A DNA stretch of 64,000 nucleotides, taken from Alistipes communis. GTDB lineage: Bacteria; Bacillota_I; Bacilli_A; RFN20; CAG-826. The stretch is from assembly GCA_963655775.1 (NCBI GenBank), contig CAVKFY010000087.1, positions 260-64,259 of the forward strand, read 5' to 3'. The translations under genes were made by a program, and so were the position numbers. Positions 43,833 through 54,870 of this stretch are shown piece after piece. Each line of letters begins with the position of its first letter. The first letter of the stretch is position 1. Under the pieces are notes generated by a model. It was not told the DNA's origin and did not search any database. It saw only the letters and a program-made list of their open reading frames with translations.

Positions 43833-45782
43833 TTAAGCAAGAAGTGCTTGGGATGCAGCGTCTAATTTTGTTGTTCCAATATCAGACCAGGTTGTTGTCA
43901 TGACGAAGGCTGTGCTGCTGTCATAGGTAAGAACCTCATACAAAGAGATTTCATCATTTTCAACGGCGAAGAAGGTGTTGAAGTAGAGTTCAGCGCCAAC
44001 TCTGCCAAAGCCATAAGACATGACTGCTTTCATATTAAGAGCAAGGAAGTCTGAATTTTCAGCATAGATCCAAGGACAGATACCACCGACAATCGCTCCG
44101 GTAGACCAAGAAGCAATCTTATAAGTATCATTGAAATCATCACCGCATGTATTGAAGTAATATGCATTTGCACCAGAGACAGTTTTTGTGCTGGTGAAGG
44201 AGACTGTGTCTAATACGTCACCAAGTCCTTCGGTAACAAGTGGAAGAGTGGATTCTCCGTCTTTTTCATAATGGCCCCATAAGGAAGTAAGGGCATTGCC
44301 TGTTGCAACATCGCCATAAGTGATGGTTTTATCATCGCCGACTGTGCCTTTAGCTTGGGAGTAACGGCCATCTTTAATGAAGCTTGTTGTAACGTCGCCA
44401 GCTGAAGGCATTGTCCATTCTCCATCATCGCCAAGGAACATGGAGTCAAGACCAGAAGCATTGAGGAAGTTCCATTGATTTGAGGATGAATAGTTAACGA
44501 CATCAACTTTCATGTCGTCAGCAACCATAACTGTAGAGATGAATGGCTCAAAGTATGTGGCTAAGCTTTCAGGAGTTTCAACCGCATTTCCTGTAGTGGT
44601 GTCCATCCATGTTGCAAGCGTTGTCATGGTGTAGTTCTTCTTGTCTTCGATGTTCTTGAAGGCTGATTTTAAACCACTGATATCAACTGCTTCTGGATAT
44701 TTAGGAGTTTTAATCCATTCGTCAACATAGCTGTTTGTTGTTTCGCCAATGCCGCTAATGACAGTAAGAAGGCTATAAGTGGATGAAGAAGATTTATAAG
44801 TGTCGATTTCTTTTAAATTGTTGTCGACCGGTGTGAAGGTTATTGAATTGTCGCCGGAATCAACGGTTGCAACGACGCCTGTTGCAGAAAGTCCTCTTGT
44901 TAAAATACTGTCCCAAACGTTATTCAAAGAGCCATAGATTGTATCAAAGAGTGGGCTAACAAGATCTGAATACTTATAGCTGCCAGATGTGCTGACTGAA
45001 TCTTCGAGATAGAATTTGCCAGTTCCGTTGCCACTCTTATCGGTAAGCTCTGTCCATTGATATGTTCCGATATCGTTTAAGCCTGCAACAAGTCCGAATG
45101 ACTCTGCGGATAAGCCATAGCCACCATTGAATGTAAGATTTGCATCTCCAACAACGTAGCCATAAGAATACCAATGGCTTGTTTTTGAGTCATATACGTT
45201 ACCGTAGTAGACACTCTTTCCTACGGTATTTGTACCAGCAAGATATTCATAAGCTTTTTCGGAGCCATAGTGGATAGTTTCACCGAAAACATCACCGGTT
45301 GCCTTGTAATCATCTGTTTCAACCATCTTGTTCCAAAGTTCGTTGAAGGCTGCTTTTTCTTCGGTGATGATTGTTCCTGTCAATGTTTTTGTTGTTTTCT
45401 TTCCTTCAGTAGAAGTTGCTGTGATGCTTACTTTGAAAGCGCCAGTTGCGGTTGCTTCGATAACGTGATTGTCGATTGTAACGTTATCAGTCTTTGCTTC
45501 AAGAACATATGTTCCTTTTGGAACGGAAATGTGTTTCCAAAGCAAATAACGTTGGCCAACTGCAATTTCTAATTTTCCGTTTTGTTTGGTAAGCTCATTG
45601 TCAAACCAAATGTTAAATGCACGGCTATCGCTTGATGAAGTTTCTTTTTCCTCATCTGGATGTAAATCAACGCTGCTAGAAGAGGCGTCACTGCTACTTG
45701 CTATAGGTGTGCAACCAATTACTCCTATACCCGCAGCACCAAGCATAACTGCCAATGTGAGAGTCTTTAATTTAGATTTCAT
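43833..45782 (-). CDS. Large lipoprotein of unknown function.
   Basis: MKSKLKTLTLAVMLGAAGIGVIGC lipobox; Ser-rich linker. Confidence 0.7.
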   Translation of the reverse strand: MKSKLKTLTLAVMLGAAGIGVIGCTPIASSSDASSSSVDLHPDEEKETSSSDSRAFNIWFDNELTKQNGKLEIAVGQRYLLWKHISVPKGTYVLEAKTDNVTIDNHVIEATATGAFKVSITATSTEGKKTTKTLTGTIITEEKAAFNELWNKMVETDDYKATGDVFGETIHYGSEKAYEYLAGTNTVGKSVYYGNVYDSKTSHWYSYGYVVGDANLTFNGGYGLSAESFGLVAGLNDIGTYQWTELTDKSGNGTGKFYLEDSVSTSGSYKYSDLVSPLFDTIYGSLNNVWDSILTRGLSATGVVATVDSGDNSITFTPVDNNLKEIDTYKSSSSTYSLLTVISGIGETTNSYVDEWIKTPKYPEAVDISGLKSAFKNIEDKKNYTMTTLATWMDTTTGNAVETPESLATYFEPFISTVMVADDMKVDVVNYSSSNQWNFLNASGLDSMFLGDDGEWTMPSAGDVTTSFIKDGRYSQAKGTVGDDKTITYGDVATGNALTSLWGHYEKDGESTLPLVTEGLGDVLDTVSFTSTKTVSGANAYYFNTCGDDFNDTYKIASWSTGAIVGGICPWIYAENSDFLALNMKAVMSYGFGRVGAELYFNTFFAVENDEISLYEVLTYDSSTAFVMTTTWSDIGTTKLDAASQALLA

Positions 45783-45920
45783 ATTTTCCCTTTCTTTCTG
45801 AGTTACTTACGAACTCATAAAAATAATCGCTTTCTTTCCAAAAGCTACTTGAATACCATAAAGCCCAAAATAAAAATGTAAAGAATTATTTTTTGTTTTT
45901 ACCAAAAATTTTAACAATTA

Positions 45921-45950
45921 AACAAAAAACGCCCTTTTTATAGGACGTTT
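45921..45950 (-). terminator. Rho-independent terminator for the metalloprotease lipoprotein gene.
   Basis: aacgccct-N6-aggacgtt, followed by a T6 run on the minus strand. Confidence 0.55.
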
Positions 45951-45968
45951 TTATCGTTTGTAAACCAA

Positions 45969-48158
45969 TTATTCTGCAAGATTATTAACGAAATGAAGAG
46001 TAACTGATGTATCGGTTTGCTCTGTCACTTGGATAGACCAACCAAATGGTTTTCCGTTATCAAAATTCGTCTTGTTAGGGAAGAAGTTTTGGTTACGGCT
46101 TGGCGAGAAGAAATCTGCACCATATTTTGTATCAGGTTGATCGCCATATTTTTCCCCATTTGATTCGAAATATTCTTGTGTTCCGAAGAGGTTAGACATA
46201 TAGCCAAATGTGCTGTAGTAAGAAGAGGAATCTAATGAGTTTTGTGATGATGGATAGATTGCGTGAAGCTCACGGAATGGTGTTAATTCACCAGTTTTGC
46301 CATCTGTTGAAGCACGGCCTGTTGATTTAGGGGTGTTTGTATGGACGCGTGTCGCGCTTGACTCGTATCCGCTAGCATCGGTTGTATCATATGCTTTTGG
46401 CGTATCGGTATAGTCGCGTGTAGCGCTTGATTTAGAAGAACCCTTCATAGAGGAAGCACGGGTGTCAACGTGGAACATTTGAACGCCTGGACGGCGATAT
46501 GTTCCGCCATGACCATACGTTGAAGAACCATTTGATCCAGCTTGTTGCCATTCTTCATAGCCATCGCTGTCATCTTCATTAACGCCTGTTGGAGTGTAGT
46601 ATTCGATGAGCACATATTCATCCCAAGGTGTTCCGTTCCATGTTTGTCCACTTGCTGGAACAATCAAGAAGTTTCCTGTATCTGTATAGGAAGGTAAGGT
46701 GATTTCGAAGTCATTTGAGGAGTAATCAACAACCCATGGAGTAACCCAGCCATAAGCCATTTTTGTATATGCGTTATGGTCGCCAACGTTATTATCCATC
46801 ATGTCGACTGAGCCAGCAGGTCCTTCGGTCTTATCGTAGGAATAGTAGTCAGCAGCACCCATCATGTGTCCTGTTTCGTGAACGATTGTGTGGGCATCAA
46901 CTGCCTTGCCATCACTCCAACGTGTTCCGTACTTTTCATAATCGGCACCCGTATAGTATGTGTTGATCAAATAGTCCCAACGAGAGAAGAAAATACGACG
47001 TGGAGTTGGGGATGTTTTTGAAGCGGAAGCGCCAGTTGATGTTGTATAGTTCCACCAAATGGAATTATCTGTGTCTCCTTGTGGAGTGAGGTTATCGGTA
47101 ACATAGACCATTTCGACACCATCGATGAAACCATCACCATCAGCATCATAGTCTTTTGGATCAAACACTTTTCCATCGATGACTGTTTGATTCTTTATGA
47201 AGTAGTTAACTGCTTCGGTGGCAAGGCTTGAAGCGAATGAGGAAGAATATTTTGTTGCGTCGAAGTCGGTTGAAGAGCCATCACCTTTGTTATAGACATA
47301 AACTGGAGAAACTGCACCAGTGATGTTTAATTGATTGAAGGAAGCCTTCTTATAATAAGAATGTAAGGATTCCCAAGGGGTTGTATCAGCGATTTTGCCG
47401 TCAGAACCTACTTCTTTTGTTTTGTCGTTTTCAGCAAAGAATGCTTCACGGAGCATTTCTCTAGCCTTTTCACGTCCTTCATTGGCTTCTGATTTGTCAT
47501 ATCTTGCATCACCAGTCTTGCTTGCGTCACGAATAATTGTGCCAAAGCATGTATTTTTGAATTCGACTGGGATAACAAGCACACGGGATTCACCAACTGA
47601 AGGCATACATCCTGATGCGCTGTTTGTGGTGCCTAATGTATCCATGCCTGGATAATTCATGAATTTATAATCCTTCATGGAGTCTTTTGTGACTGATTTA
47701 TTAACACCTTTGTCTTTGTCGGTTGTTCCAGCTTTAACAACGATTTCAAAGTTGTTAGAAACAACACGTCCGCCACCGGCGTTGAAACTACCTTTAACGG
47801 TGTAGGTGCCAGCAGGAAGAGGTTCGTCTCCTGAATATGTTTTAGATTCGTCGTCCTTATTTGTTAAAGTGAAGGTTCCGCCATTTCCATAATCTAGATC
47901 ATCACCACGTGAAGGGTTGACGTAGGTTGTGCTTGGAACTGCTCCATCAATGAAGGTCATGCCTGCTGTGATGGTGCTTCTTTTTAATGTTGTGACTGGC
48001 TTAGCTGCAGTGCTCGTTGAAGAAGACGAGGCTTGTGAAGATGCTGAGCTAGAAGCGCTCTCGCTTGCAACTGGTGTTTGATCGCAACTTGCCAAAGTAC
48101 AAAGAGAGGTGGTTGCGAGTACTAGTAATGCAAGAGATTTATTTTTTATCTTTATCAT
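45969..48158 (-). CDS. Zinc-metallopeptidase lipoprotein (HExxH zincin, M6 immune-inhibitor-A-like).
   Basis: Lipobox LASC; Ser-rich linker; catalytic TIVHETGHMMGAADYY (compare M6 HEYGHNLGLPDEY); aaaggag RBS. Confidence 0.5.
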   Translation of the reverse strand: MIKIKNKSLALLVLATTSLCTLASCDQTPVASESASSSASSQASSSSTSTAAKPVTTLKRSTITAGMTFIDGAVPSTTYVNPSRGDDLDYGNGGTFTLTNKDDESKTYSGDEPLPAGTYTVKGSFNAGGGRVVSNNFEIVVKAGTTDKDKGVNKSVTKDSMKDYKFMNYPGMDTLGTTNSASGCMPSVGESRVLVIPVEFKNTCFGTIIRDASKTGDARYDKSEANEGREKAREMLREAFFAENDKTKEVGSDGKIADTTPWESLHSYYKKASFNQLNITGAVSPVYVYNKGDGSSTDFDATKYSSSFASSLATEAVNYFIKNQTVIDGKVFDPKDYDADGDGFIDGVEMVYVTDNLTPQGDTDNSIWWNYTTSTGASASKTSPTPRRIFFSRWDYLINTYYTGADYEKYGTRWSDGKAVDAHTIVHETGHMMGAADYYSYDKTEGPAGSVDMMDNNVGDHNAYTKMAYGWVTPWVVDYSSNDFEITLPSYTDTGNFLIVPASGQTWNGTPWDEYVLIEYYTPTGVNEDDSDGYEEWQQAGSNGSSTYGHGGTYRRPGVQMFHVDTRASSMKGSSKSSATRDYTDTPKAYDTTDASGYESSATRVHTNTPKSTGRASTDGKTGELTPFRELHAIYPSSQNSLDSSSYYSTFGYMSNLFGTQEYFESNGEKYGDQPDTKYGADFFSPSRNQNFFPNKTNFDNGKPFGWSIQVTEQTDTSVTLHFVNNLAE

Positions 48159-48304
48159 TATTATTTTCTCCTTTTCTCGATATTAACACGTTTGCATACG
48201 ATAGCCGACAAAATATAAAATTTCAAGAATTACTTTTTAACAATTGGCCAAATAATAAAGATTCTTCGCTTGTTTTTTTCTCTTCAATTGTTAAAATTTG
48301 CCTC

Positions 48305-48703
48305 ATGGAAGAGAAGATCAGAAAGAATCTAATTCATCTTGGCGTAGCGCTTGCAATAGGCATAACTTCTTTTTGCTTGGTGTTTTTTCTAAGAAGAATT
48401 TACACATATACAGGCTATTCTGATGCTTTCTTTGTTTCTGGTGCCATTGTTCTTGCTTGCTCTGGCTTTGCTTTTGTTCATCGCTCTGGAACGTTCGATG
48501 TTCTTCATTACGGCATGGGAAGATTGATTGCCCAATGGACGCATAGTAGAAGAAGAACGTTTAAAAACGCTGGGGATTATCAAGAATTTTCTAAGCAGAA
48601 AAGAAAACTAAATCCTTTTCCTTATTATCCATATTTAGGTATAGGTGCGATTCTTATAGTTTTGGCTGTTATCTTTATGATCCTAAACAATGTAGGAGCG
48701 TAA
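48305..48703 (+). CDS. Small membrane protein (3 TM), unknown function.
   Basis: The ORF-track start at 48065 lies inside the convergent upstream gene. The first plausible start is ATG 48305 (MEEKIRKNL...). Three hydrophobic helices. Confidence 0.4.
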   Translation: MEEKIRKNLIHLGVALAIGITSFCLVFFLRRIYTYTGYSDAFFVSGAIVLACSGFAFVHRSGTFDVLHYGMGRLIAQWTHSRRRTFKNAGDYQEFSKQKRKLNPFPYYPYLGIGAILIVLAVIFMILNNVGA

Positions 48704-48863
48704 ATGTCGAAAAAACTTGAAGTTTTTGGCGAAATGTAAAAAAACTTAAAATAACACTTGAAATATTTCGTTTTCGTTGTTTACTAATTAAATGCACGTT
48801 TTCATTCGTATGTGCGTGAACACGTGTAAAGTAAATAAAGGAAAAAGAAAGGAAAACCTAAAT

Positions 48864-51626
48864 ATGAAAGTAAATAAACTTACAAAATTGATGGGTTTGT
48901 TAGTCCTTGGCGCTTCTTTTACTCTTGCTTCTTGTAGTCCGGAGAACAATAACAGCAGTGCTGCTTCGTCCTCCTCTAGCCAATCTGGGCAAGATTCAGA
49001 GAAAGATGCAGACGGATTAACCATTATCAACGACCCACAAGGTTATACTGGTTCTGATGACTTTTCAGAATTATCGTGGAAAGAAAAGACAAAAATTACT
49101 GCGGCTCTAGAACAATATGCTGTTGATAATTTCATTGGTGGAATCCCTCTTTATGATGATTCTTCATCGATCGCTATCTCTCAACGTGTTACTCCAAAAT
49201 CCCAAAAATACATCACCAACTATGGTTTTGGCATGATGGAAGGAAAAATGGAAGTTGATGGCAAAATGTATAACGGTTCAATAGTTGAATCTCGTGCAAA
49301 ATATAGAAGCTACTATCACTCCTATACAAATACCGACTCTGGCACATTTAATGGCTGGAGCTCAACTGGTTCCGACGTTTCTGATCGTCACAGCATGATT
49401 TCTTCTGGATACTTCGGAGTCGTCATGGACCCAAATGAATCATCCGGATATAGATGGGTTGGCGAATTGTCTCGTGATAGTGCACCAACAATGCTCGATA
49501 TCGATGGCAATGAAATTAGCAATCCAACAAACGAGCAAACCTCCACAAAATGGCGTGTTTATCTCCATGTTGGCGAAGGATATGCCTATCAAGCAGTTGC
49601 CGGTTCAAAATGGGAAAATAGTGAATATGATGGACTTACTGTTTCTGCAGAAGACTACATCACTCCATTCAAAGCCATGCTTGATAACCGTTTAACACGT
49701 TATTCAGATCTCGTTTCCGATGCTTCTGGTATCGCTGGCGCAAAGGAATATGTTTACAAAACACATGATGAAAACGATAAATGGGAAGATTCTGGCGTTG
49801 GTGTTCAAATCAACACAGAGAAATCAAGCAAAGACTACGTTGCAATTGACTTCACCTTCAACCAAGCGAAAGGTGTTTCAAGTGCTCGTACATCACTCAG
49901 TTCCTCTCTTTATAGCCCATTGCCTAATAAATTCTTAAAGGCCATTGGCGGAGCTAAGGAATATGGTGTTCGTTCTACAGGCGCTTCCGCATTTGACAAA
50001 TTCCTCTGCTTTGGTGCTTATACACCAGTTGAATGGGAAAGCAATTCCGAACTTATTTACGAAAAGAATAAGAGCTACTTTGCAGCTGATCGTTATTCTT
50101 ATGATGGCTATGTTGAAAAGGTTTACACCAATTCTGCAACAGCCGACGAAGATGCGTGGAGAGACTTCAAAGAAAACAAACTTGACGAATGTACAGTTCC
50201 TATCAGCGCTTTGAAGACAGATCTTCCTGCTTATCGTGCAGAACATTCTGATAAAATTCTTCAAACAGAAGGTTCAACAATTATCAAAATCAACCTCAAC
50301 ACAACCAACGAAGAAGAATGGAATTACTTCTTTGGACCAAACGGAAAGGTTTATACACATACTGATGGCGTAATGACTAAAGGTACTGGTAAATGGAATG
50401 GTCTTAAATACATCATGTCCAACAAGAACTTCCTCCGTGGCTTCTACTTCGCTATTGACCGCGCTTCACTTGCTGAAACAGCTGGACGTAAAGCAGCTTT
50501 AGGTTATTTATCCAATGCTTACATGATTGACCCAACCGGTTCTGTCACATATCGTGGCTCCGATGAAGGCAAAGCAGTCATCAATTCCATTACCGAAGCA
50601 GCTGGCAATGAATATGGATACAACAAATCTGTTGCTGAATCCTTCTTCAAAAAAGCCGGCGAAGAGTTAATCAAACAAGGCTACTATGATGAAGGCGATA
50701 CAATCCAAATCCAAGGAACATATCGTTATCAATCAACAATCGACAACCTCGGTAAATACATCAAGACTGACGTTGCAGATACATTCAACCGTGCTTGTAA
50801 AGATCTCGGCTTAACCCTTGAAATCAAGCTCGAAGTTGGTGGAACTTCCTATACCGATACATATACTGTTATGGATCATGGTGAATTCGACTTTGCTGAA
50901 GGCGCTATTACCGGTAACGTTCTTGATCCTCTTAACTTCATGTCTACATGTTCTTCAACCTCTGCCCTTAACCAAGGCTTCTGCTTAAACTGGGGAAGAC
51001 CAACAGACCATATGTCTGATAATCCAGTTGTCTATGGCACAAACGAAGATGGAACTGAAGCACACTGGTCTTACGATGCTTTGTGGAATATGTCCCAAGG
51101 CTTCACGGTTGCCGAAGGTGGCGTTGCTACCTCACTTGGTAACAATATGCGTTTCATCGGACCTGGCCAAACAGAAGAATCAACTGGCAAGACTGCAGAA
51201 AGCAAAGAAATCTTATTTCTCTTCGACTGCCCAGAAGCAGCTACTTATACTCAAAAAGACGTTGACTCTGGCTTGGTTACAGAAGATAAGATCGGCGAAT
51301 ATAAATATGATTTCACCGGTGTATCCGACTTCGGATTCTTCCCACAAAATGATGCTGGTACAGTTGAAGGCGGTTATTACTTCCAAGGTGCTAGTGCACC
51401 ACAAAACAGTAGTAACGGCTATGTCTTCATCAGCTTGCCTCTCAATACTGTCAAAGGCTATTGCGAGACGTTAGCAACTGCTACAAGCCCAATCACGTCC
51501 TTCACGGTTCAGTTCTACCTTGTCTATAAGGTCTATCCAGGAACAACTCGTGAAAAGACAAAAACAATGATCATGACTGCAAATACAAAACTTTCTGCAC
51601 TTGGCATTGATCCAATCACCAAATAA
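48864..51626 (+). CDS. Very large lipoprotein, probably the substrate-binding component (OppA-like) of the downstream oligopeptide ABC transporter.
   Basis: MKVNKLTKLMGLLVLGASFTLASC lipobox; 920 aa; directly precedes oppBCDF. Size is typical of Mollicutes OppA. aaaggaaaa RBS. Confidence 0.5.
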   Translation: MKVNKLTKLMGLLVLGASFTLASCSPENNNSSAASSSSSQSGQDSEKDADGLTIINDPQGYTGSDDFSELSWKEKTKITAALEQYAVDNFIGGIPLYDDSSSIAISQRVTPKSQKYITNYGFGMMEGKMEVDGKMYNGSIVESRAKYRSYYHSYTNTDSGTFNGWSSTGSDVSDRHSMISSGYFGVVMDPNESSGYRWVGELSRDSAPTMLDIDGNEISNPTNEQTSTKWRVYLHVGEGYAYQAVAGSKWENSEYDGLTVSAEDYITPFKAMLDNRLTRYSDLVSDASGIAGAKEYVYKTHDENDKWEDSGVGVQINTEKSSKDYVAIDFTFNQAKGVSSARTSLSSSLYSPLPNKFLKAIGGAKEYGVRSTGASAFDKFLCFGAYTPVEWESNSELIYEKNKSYFAADRYSYDGYVEKVYTNSATADEDAWRDFKENKLDECTVPISALKTDLPAYRAEHSDKILQTEGSTIIKINLNTTNEEEWNYFFGPNGKVYTHTDGVMTKGTGKWNGLKYIMSNKNFLRGFYFAIDRASLAETAGRKAALGYLSNAYMIDPTGSVTYRGSDEGKAVINSITEAAGNEYGYNKSVAESFFKKAGEELIKQGYYDEGDTIQIQGTYRYQSTIDNLGKYIKTDVADTFNRACKDLGLTLEIKLEVGGTSYTDTYTVMDHGEFDFAEGAITGNVLDPLNFMSTCSSTSALNQGFCLNWGRPTDHMSDNPVVYGTNEDGTEAHWSYDALWNMSQGFTVAEGGVATSLGNNMRFIGPGQTEESTGKTAESKEILFLFDCPEAATYTQKDVDSGLVTEDKIGEYKYDFTGVSDFGFFPQNDAGTVEGGYYFQGASAPQNSSNGYVFISLPLNTVKGYCETLATATSPITSFTVQFYLVYKVYPGTTREKTKTMIMTANTKLSALGIDPITK

Positions 51627-51687
51627 GCAAGGCTATATTGCCTTAGGATTTAAAAAGTCTAGAAACAACTAGACGGAAAGAAGGAAA

Positions 51688-52755
51688 ATGAAAGACTCAG
51701 TTAAATACTTTATACAACGCGTATTGTTCATTCTTTTGACTGCGTTTATCATCCTCTCTTTGACATATATCCTTTTACAAACACTTCCTCTAGAACCATC
51801 TTCCAACTCGGCAGCCGAGAAGTTTGTCTTCTGGAACCACCAGGTGGAACTTGGTTTCTATGAGGAAATCGATTATGAAAAATATTTAGGATTGTCTGAA
51901 TCTGTAAAAAGCACGGTTCAGACAGTCGTTTTAGACGGAAAAAGCTATTACTATTTGCCTTATCCGATCTTACAGCGCTATGGAGCGTGGTTAGTTAACG
52001 TTATCACTCGTTGGGATTGGGGAACATCTACTTCCTCGATCGGTTTTAACCAAGACGTCGTTTCAATTATCATGATGCGTCTTCCTTATTCGATGCGTTT
52101 AAATATCATCTCCATGCTTTTTTCCATTCCTTTGGGAATTGGACTTGGAATTCTTGCCGCATTAAAGAAAAACACCTGGGTCGACACCTTGATATCTACT
52201 ATCATCATGATTTTCATCTCAGTGCCATCCTTCGTTTTGATTTCCTTCTTACTTTTGTGGCTCCGCCAAATTCCAGGATTCCCATCAAGTTGGCCTAGTG
52301 ACTCGCAAGCAGCAGCAGACCCGCTTTTAGCCTTTAAGGGTTATATCATTCCTGTTATGGCTCTTTCCTTTGGCTCCATTTGTTCTTTTGCTCGTTATAC
52401 AAGAGCTGAACTTACTGAAGTTATGGGCTCTGAATTCCTTGTTCTTGCTAGAACAAAGGGTCTAACGCGTGGACAAAGTGTTGTTAGACATGCTCTCCGT
52501 AACTCTATGGTTCCAATCGTTCCTATGATCATTTCGGAATTTATTTCGATTCTTTCTGGTTCGATGGTTCTTGAGCAAATTTATCAAATTCCAGGTATTG
52601 GACGTTTATTCGTCGATGGAATTACAAACCGTGACTACTCTGTCGTCATGGTCGATATGGCGATTTACACCCTTATTGGGTTATTCGCTACTTTAATCAT
52701 AGATTTAAGCTATGGTATTGTTGACCCACGTATTCGTATGGGCAGCCGTAAATAA
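51688..52755 (+). CDS. oppB: Oligopeptide ABC transporter permease OppB-like.
   Basis: 6 TM segments; EAA-loop region ARTKGLTRGQSVVRHALRNSMVPIV. Confidence 0.8.
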   Translation: MKDSVKYFIQRVLFILLTAFIILSLTYILLQTLPLEPSSNSAAEKFVFWNHQVELGFYEEIDYEKYLGLSESVKSTVQTVVLDGKSYYYLPYPILQRYGAWLVNVITRWDWGTSTSSIGFNQDVVSIIMMRLPYSMRLNIISMLFSIPLGIGLGILAALKKNTWVDTLISTIIMIFISVPSFVLISFLLLWLRQIPGFPSSWPSDSQAAADPLLAFKGYIIPVMALSFGSICSFARYTRAELTEVMGSEFLVLARTKGLTRGQSVVRHALRNSMVPIVPMIISEFISILSGSMVLEQIYQIPGIGRLFVDGITNRDYSVVMVDMAIYTLIGLFATLIIDLSYGIVDPRIRMGSRK

Positions 52756-54869
52756 TGGAAGGGGGAAGAAATATGAAAGAAAACGAAAACTTCGAAATTA
52801 AAAATCAAAACGACGAAGAAATAACTGATAGTGATTTTGTCCTTTCCCAAGCCGATACAAAAATCCACGATACAAAATTCGAGACTAAACCTACTACATT
52901 CTTCAAGGATGCGATGAAACGTTTCTGCAAGAATCGCTCCTCTGTTGCGGCGGCTGGTATTCTTCTTGCAATTGTTGCAATGGCAATAATTGTTCCTTTC
53001 GCTGATTCTAACGACATAAATACTCCTGTCGCTGATGCAAAATACCTTCCACCAAAATGGTTTGATAATGCCAATGGATTTATAGATGGAACAGGCGAAG
53101 TATCTTCCGTTATTTTGAATCCAACAACTGGATTGCCGGATTCAAACCAATATTTAACTGAAGCTATCGTTACAAATGGCGGAGATGTTAAAGACGCCAT
53201 CAAAGTAACAAAATCAAAAGTAAGCGGAACATCATCCCAAGTTTTAAATTATGGCGTTGGCGGTTCCTACACAATCACTCCTGCTACCACAAAAGAAGGA
53301 GACAACTTTGTTGAAGGGTTAACTGGTGTTCGTTCTTCAACGTTTAGCTTTGAAACCAGTGATTCAATTTCTTTGAAATTCAGCTTCAATAAAGATCTTT
53401 ATAAAGAAAATTTAGTAAGCGGCACCGAGATGGATATCACCATTCTTTTTGAGACAACGAAAGATGGCGAAACAGCCACTTATGAATTAAGCGAACGTAA
53501 AAACCTCTTAGATTTAAATGAAATCAGCATTCCTTCATTTAAAGATGCCATTTGTTCAACTGAAGAAGGAAAAACATATTGGCAAGGTTTAACAACTTTA
53601 AGTCAAGGACGTCTTGTTATTGCCTTGACTCCAACGAGTTTAGCTGGATGCTCTAACTCCTGCTATTTACAAACAATCGAAGTCTCTTCAAATCACGAAT
53701 ATTCAGAAGACGATAAAACAAATATTGCTAATATTGCCATTTCTTCACCAATCGAGGAAATGAAACGTGCGACATCCACAACCTCTTCAGAAAAAGAACT
53801 CGCTTATTCCTCATATAATGGTGCGAATACTAACTTAGTTGATGTAACCGTAAGCTTAGGTTCATTTAGATATGACTACTATCAAGGTGCCTATGGCATT
53901 AAAACAATTACCGTATCTTCCCTCCAATTAGATGAATACATTTCTAAGGGCTATTTGAAATTTGAATTCTCTAAAAAAGGCGTTAAAGATAAAGCAGTTG
54001 ACGCATTAAGGCTTGAAATTCTTGATGACGAACACTCTCCAATTAGAGAAATTCTTACGGAAACCTGGGTTGAAACCAAAACAATGGGTACAACAACGGT
54101 TCGTAAAGAAGTAACTGCCAAAGTTTCCATGTATCGTTATTATTGGGATCAAGGAAGACTTGGAAAATGTGAGATGCCTAAATTCATCTTCGGTACAAAC
54201 CAAAATGGTTTGGACTTCTTCAAACTTGTCTTCTCCGGTTTACTTACATCACTCGGCTTAGGCTTATTGAGCGCATCAATCAATATTATTGTTGGTTTGA
54301 TTTGGGGCTCGATTTCCGGTTACTTCGGTGGATGGACAGATATTATCATGGAACGTTTCACCGAAATTCTCGGTGGTATGCCGTGGATCGTTTTGATGAC
54401 CATTATCGTTTTGAAATGGGGCTCAAGCTTCTGGACATTGCTTATCGCTCTTTGCTTAACGGGTTGGATGGGAGTTGCAGGAACAACGCGTTCCCAATTC
54501 TATCGTTACAAAGGAAGAGAATATGTCCTTGCTTCACGTACATTAGGCGCAAGTGACTTCCGTTTGATTTTCAAGCATATTCTTCCTAATGGCGTTGGCA
54601 CAATCGTTACCGGTGCTATCCTTATGGTTCCTTCCGTTATCTTTACTGAAGCTAACGTTGCTTACCTCCTTCCAGGATTACTCCAATACGAATCTGGTAT
54701 CACAAGCTTTGGTATCACCTTATCTAATGCTCAAAACGAACTTGCTAACTATCCATATATGATTATTAGTGCATCAATAGTCATGGTCTTAATCATGATT
54801 GCCTTTAACCTCTTTGGCAATGGCTTACGTGATGCGTTCAACCCATCTTTGAAAGGAGCAGATGAATAA
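52755..54869 (+). CDS. oppC: Oligopeptide ABC transporter permease OppC-like with a ~450-aa extracellular insertion after TM1.
   Basis: C-terminal permease core (EAA-like LASRTLGASDFRLIFKHILPN). A large hydrophilic domain sits between TM1 and TM2, as in Mycoplasma OppC. ATG 52773 (ggaaggggg RBS) is an alternative start. Confidence 0.75.
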   Translation: MEGGRNMKENENFEIKNQNDEEITDSDFVLSQADTKIHDTKFETKPTTFFKDAMKRFCKNRSSVAAAGILLAIVAMAIIVPFADSNDINTPVADAKYLPPKWFDNANGFIDGTGEVSSVILNPTTGLPDSNQYLTEAIVTNGGDVKDAIKVTKSKVSGTSSQVLNYGVGGSYTITPATTKEGDNFVEGLTGVRSSTFSFETSDSISLKFSFNKDLYKENLVSGTEMDITILFETTKDGETATYELSERKNLLDLNEISIPSFKDAICSTEEGKTYWQGLTTLSQGRLVIALTPTSLAGCSNSCYLQTIEVSSNHEYSEDDKTNIANIAISSPIEEMKRATSTTSSEKELAYSSYNGANTNLVDVTVSLGSFRYDYYQGAYGIKTITVSSLQLDEYISKGYLKFEFSKKGVKDKAVDALRLEILDDEHSPIREILTETWVETKTMGTTTVRKEVTAKVSMYRYYWDQGRLGKCEMPKFIFGTNQNGLDFFKLVFSGLLTSLGLGLLSASINIIVGLIWGSISGYFGGWTDIIMERFTEILGGMPWIVLMTIIVLKWGSSFWTLLIALCLTGWMGVAGTTRSQFYRYKGREYVLASRTLGASDFRLIFKHILPNGVGTIVTGAILMVPSVIFTEANVAYLLPGLLQYESGITSFGITLSNAQNELANYPYMIISASIVMVLIMIAFNLFGNGLRDAFNPSLKGADE

Positions 54870-54870
54870 T

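Noticed and set aside
48065-48304. N-terminal 80 codons of the 212-aa ORF (MQLVFDRNLPKYKERW...).
   Set aside because: It overlaps the 3' end of the convergent metalloprotease gene and its terminator region. The composition looks non-coding. The gene more plausibly starts at ATG 48305.
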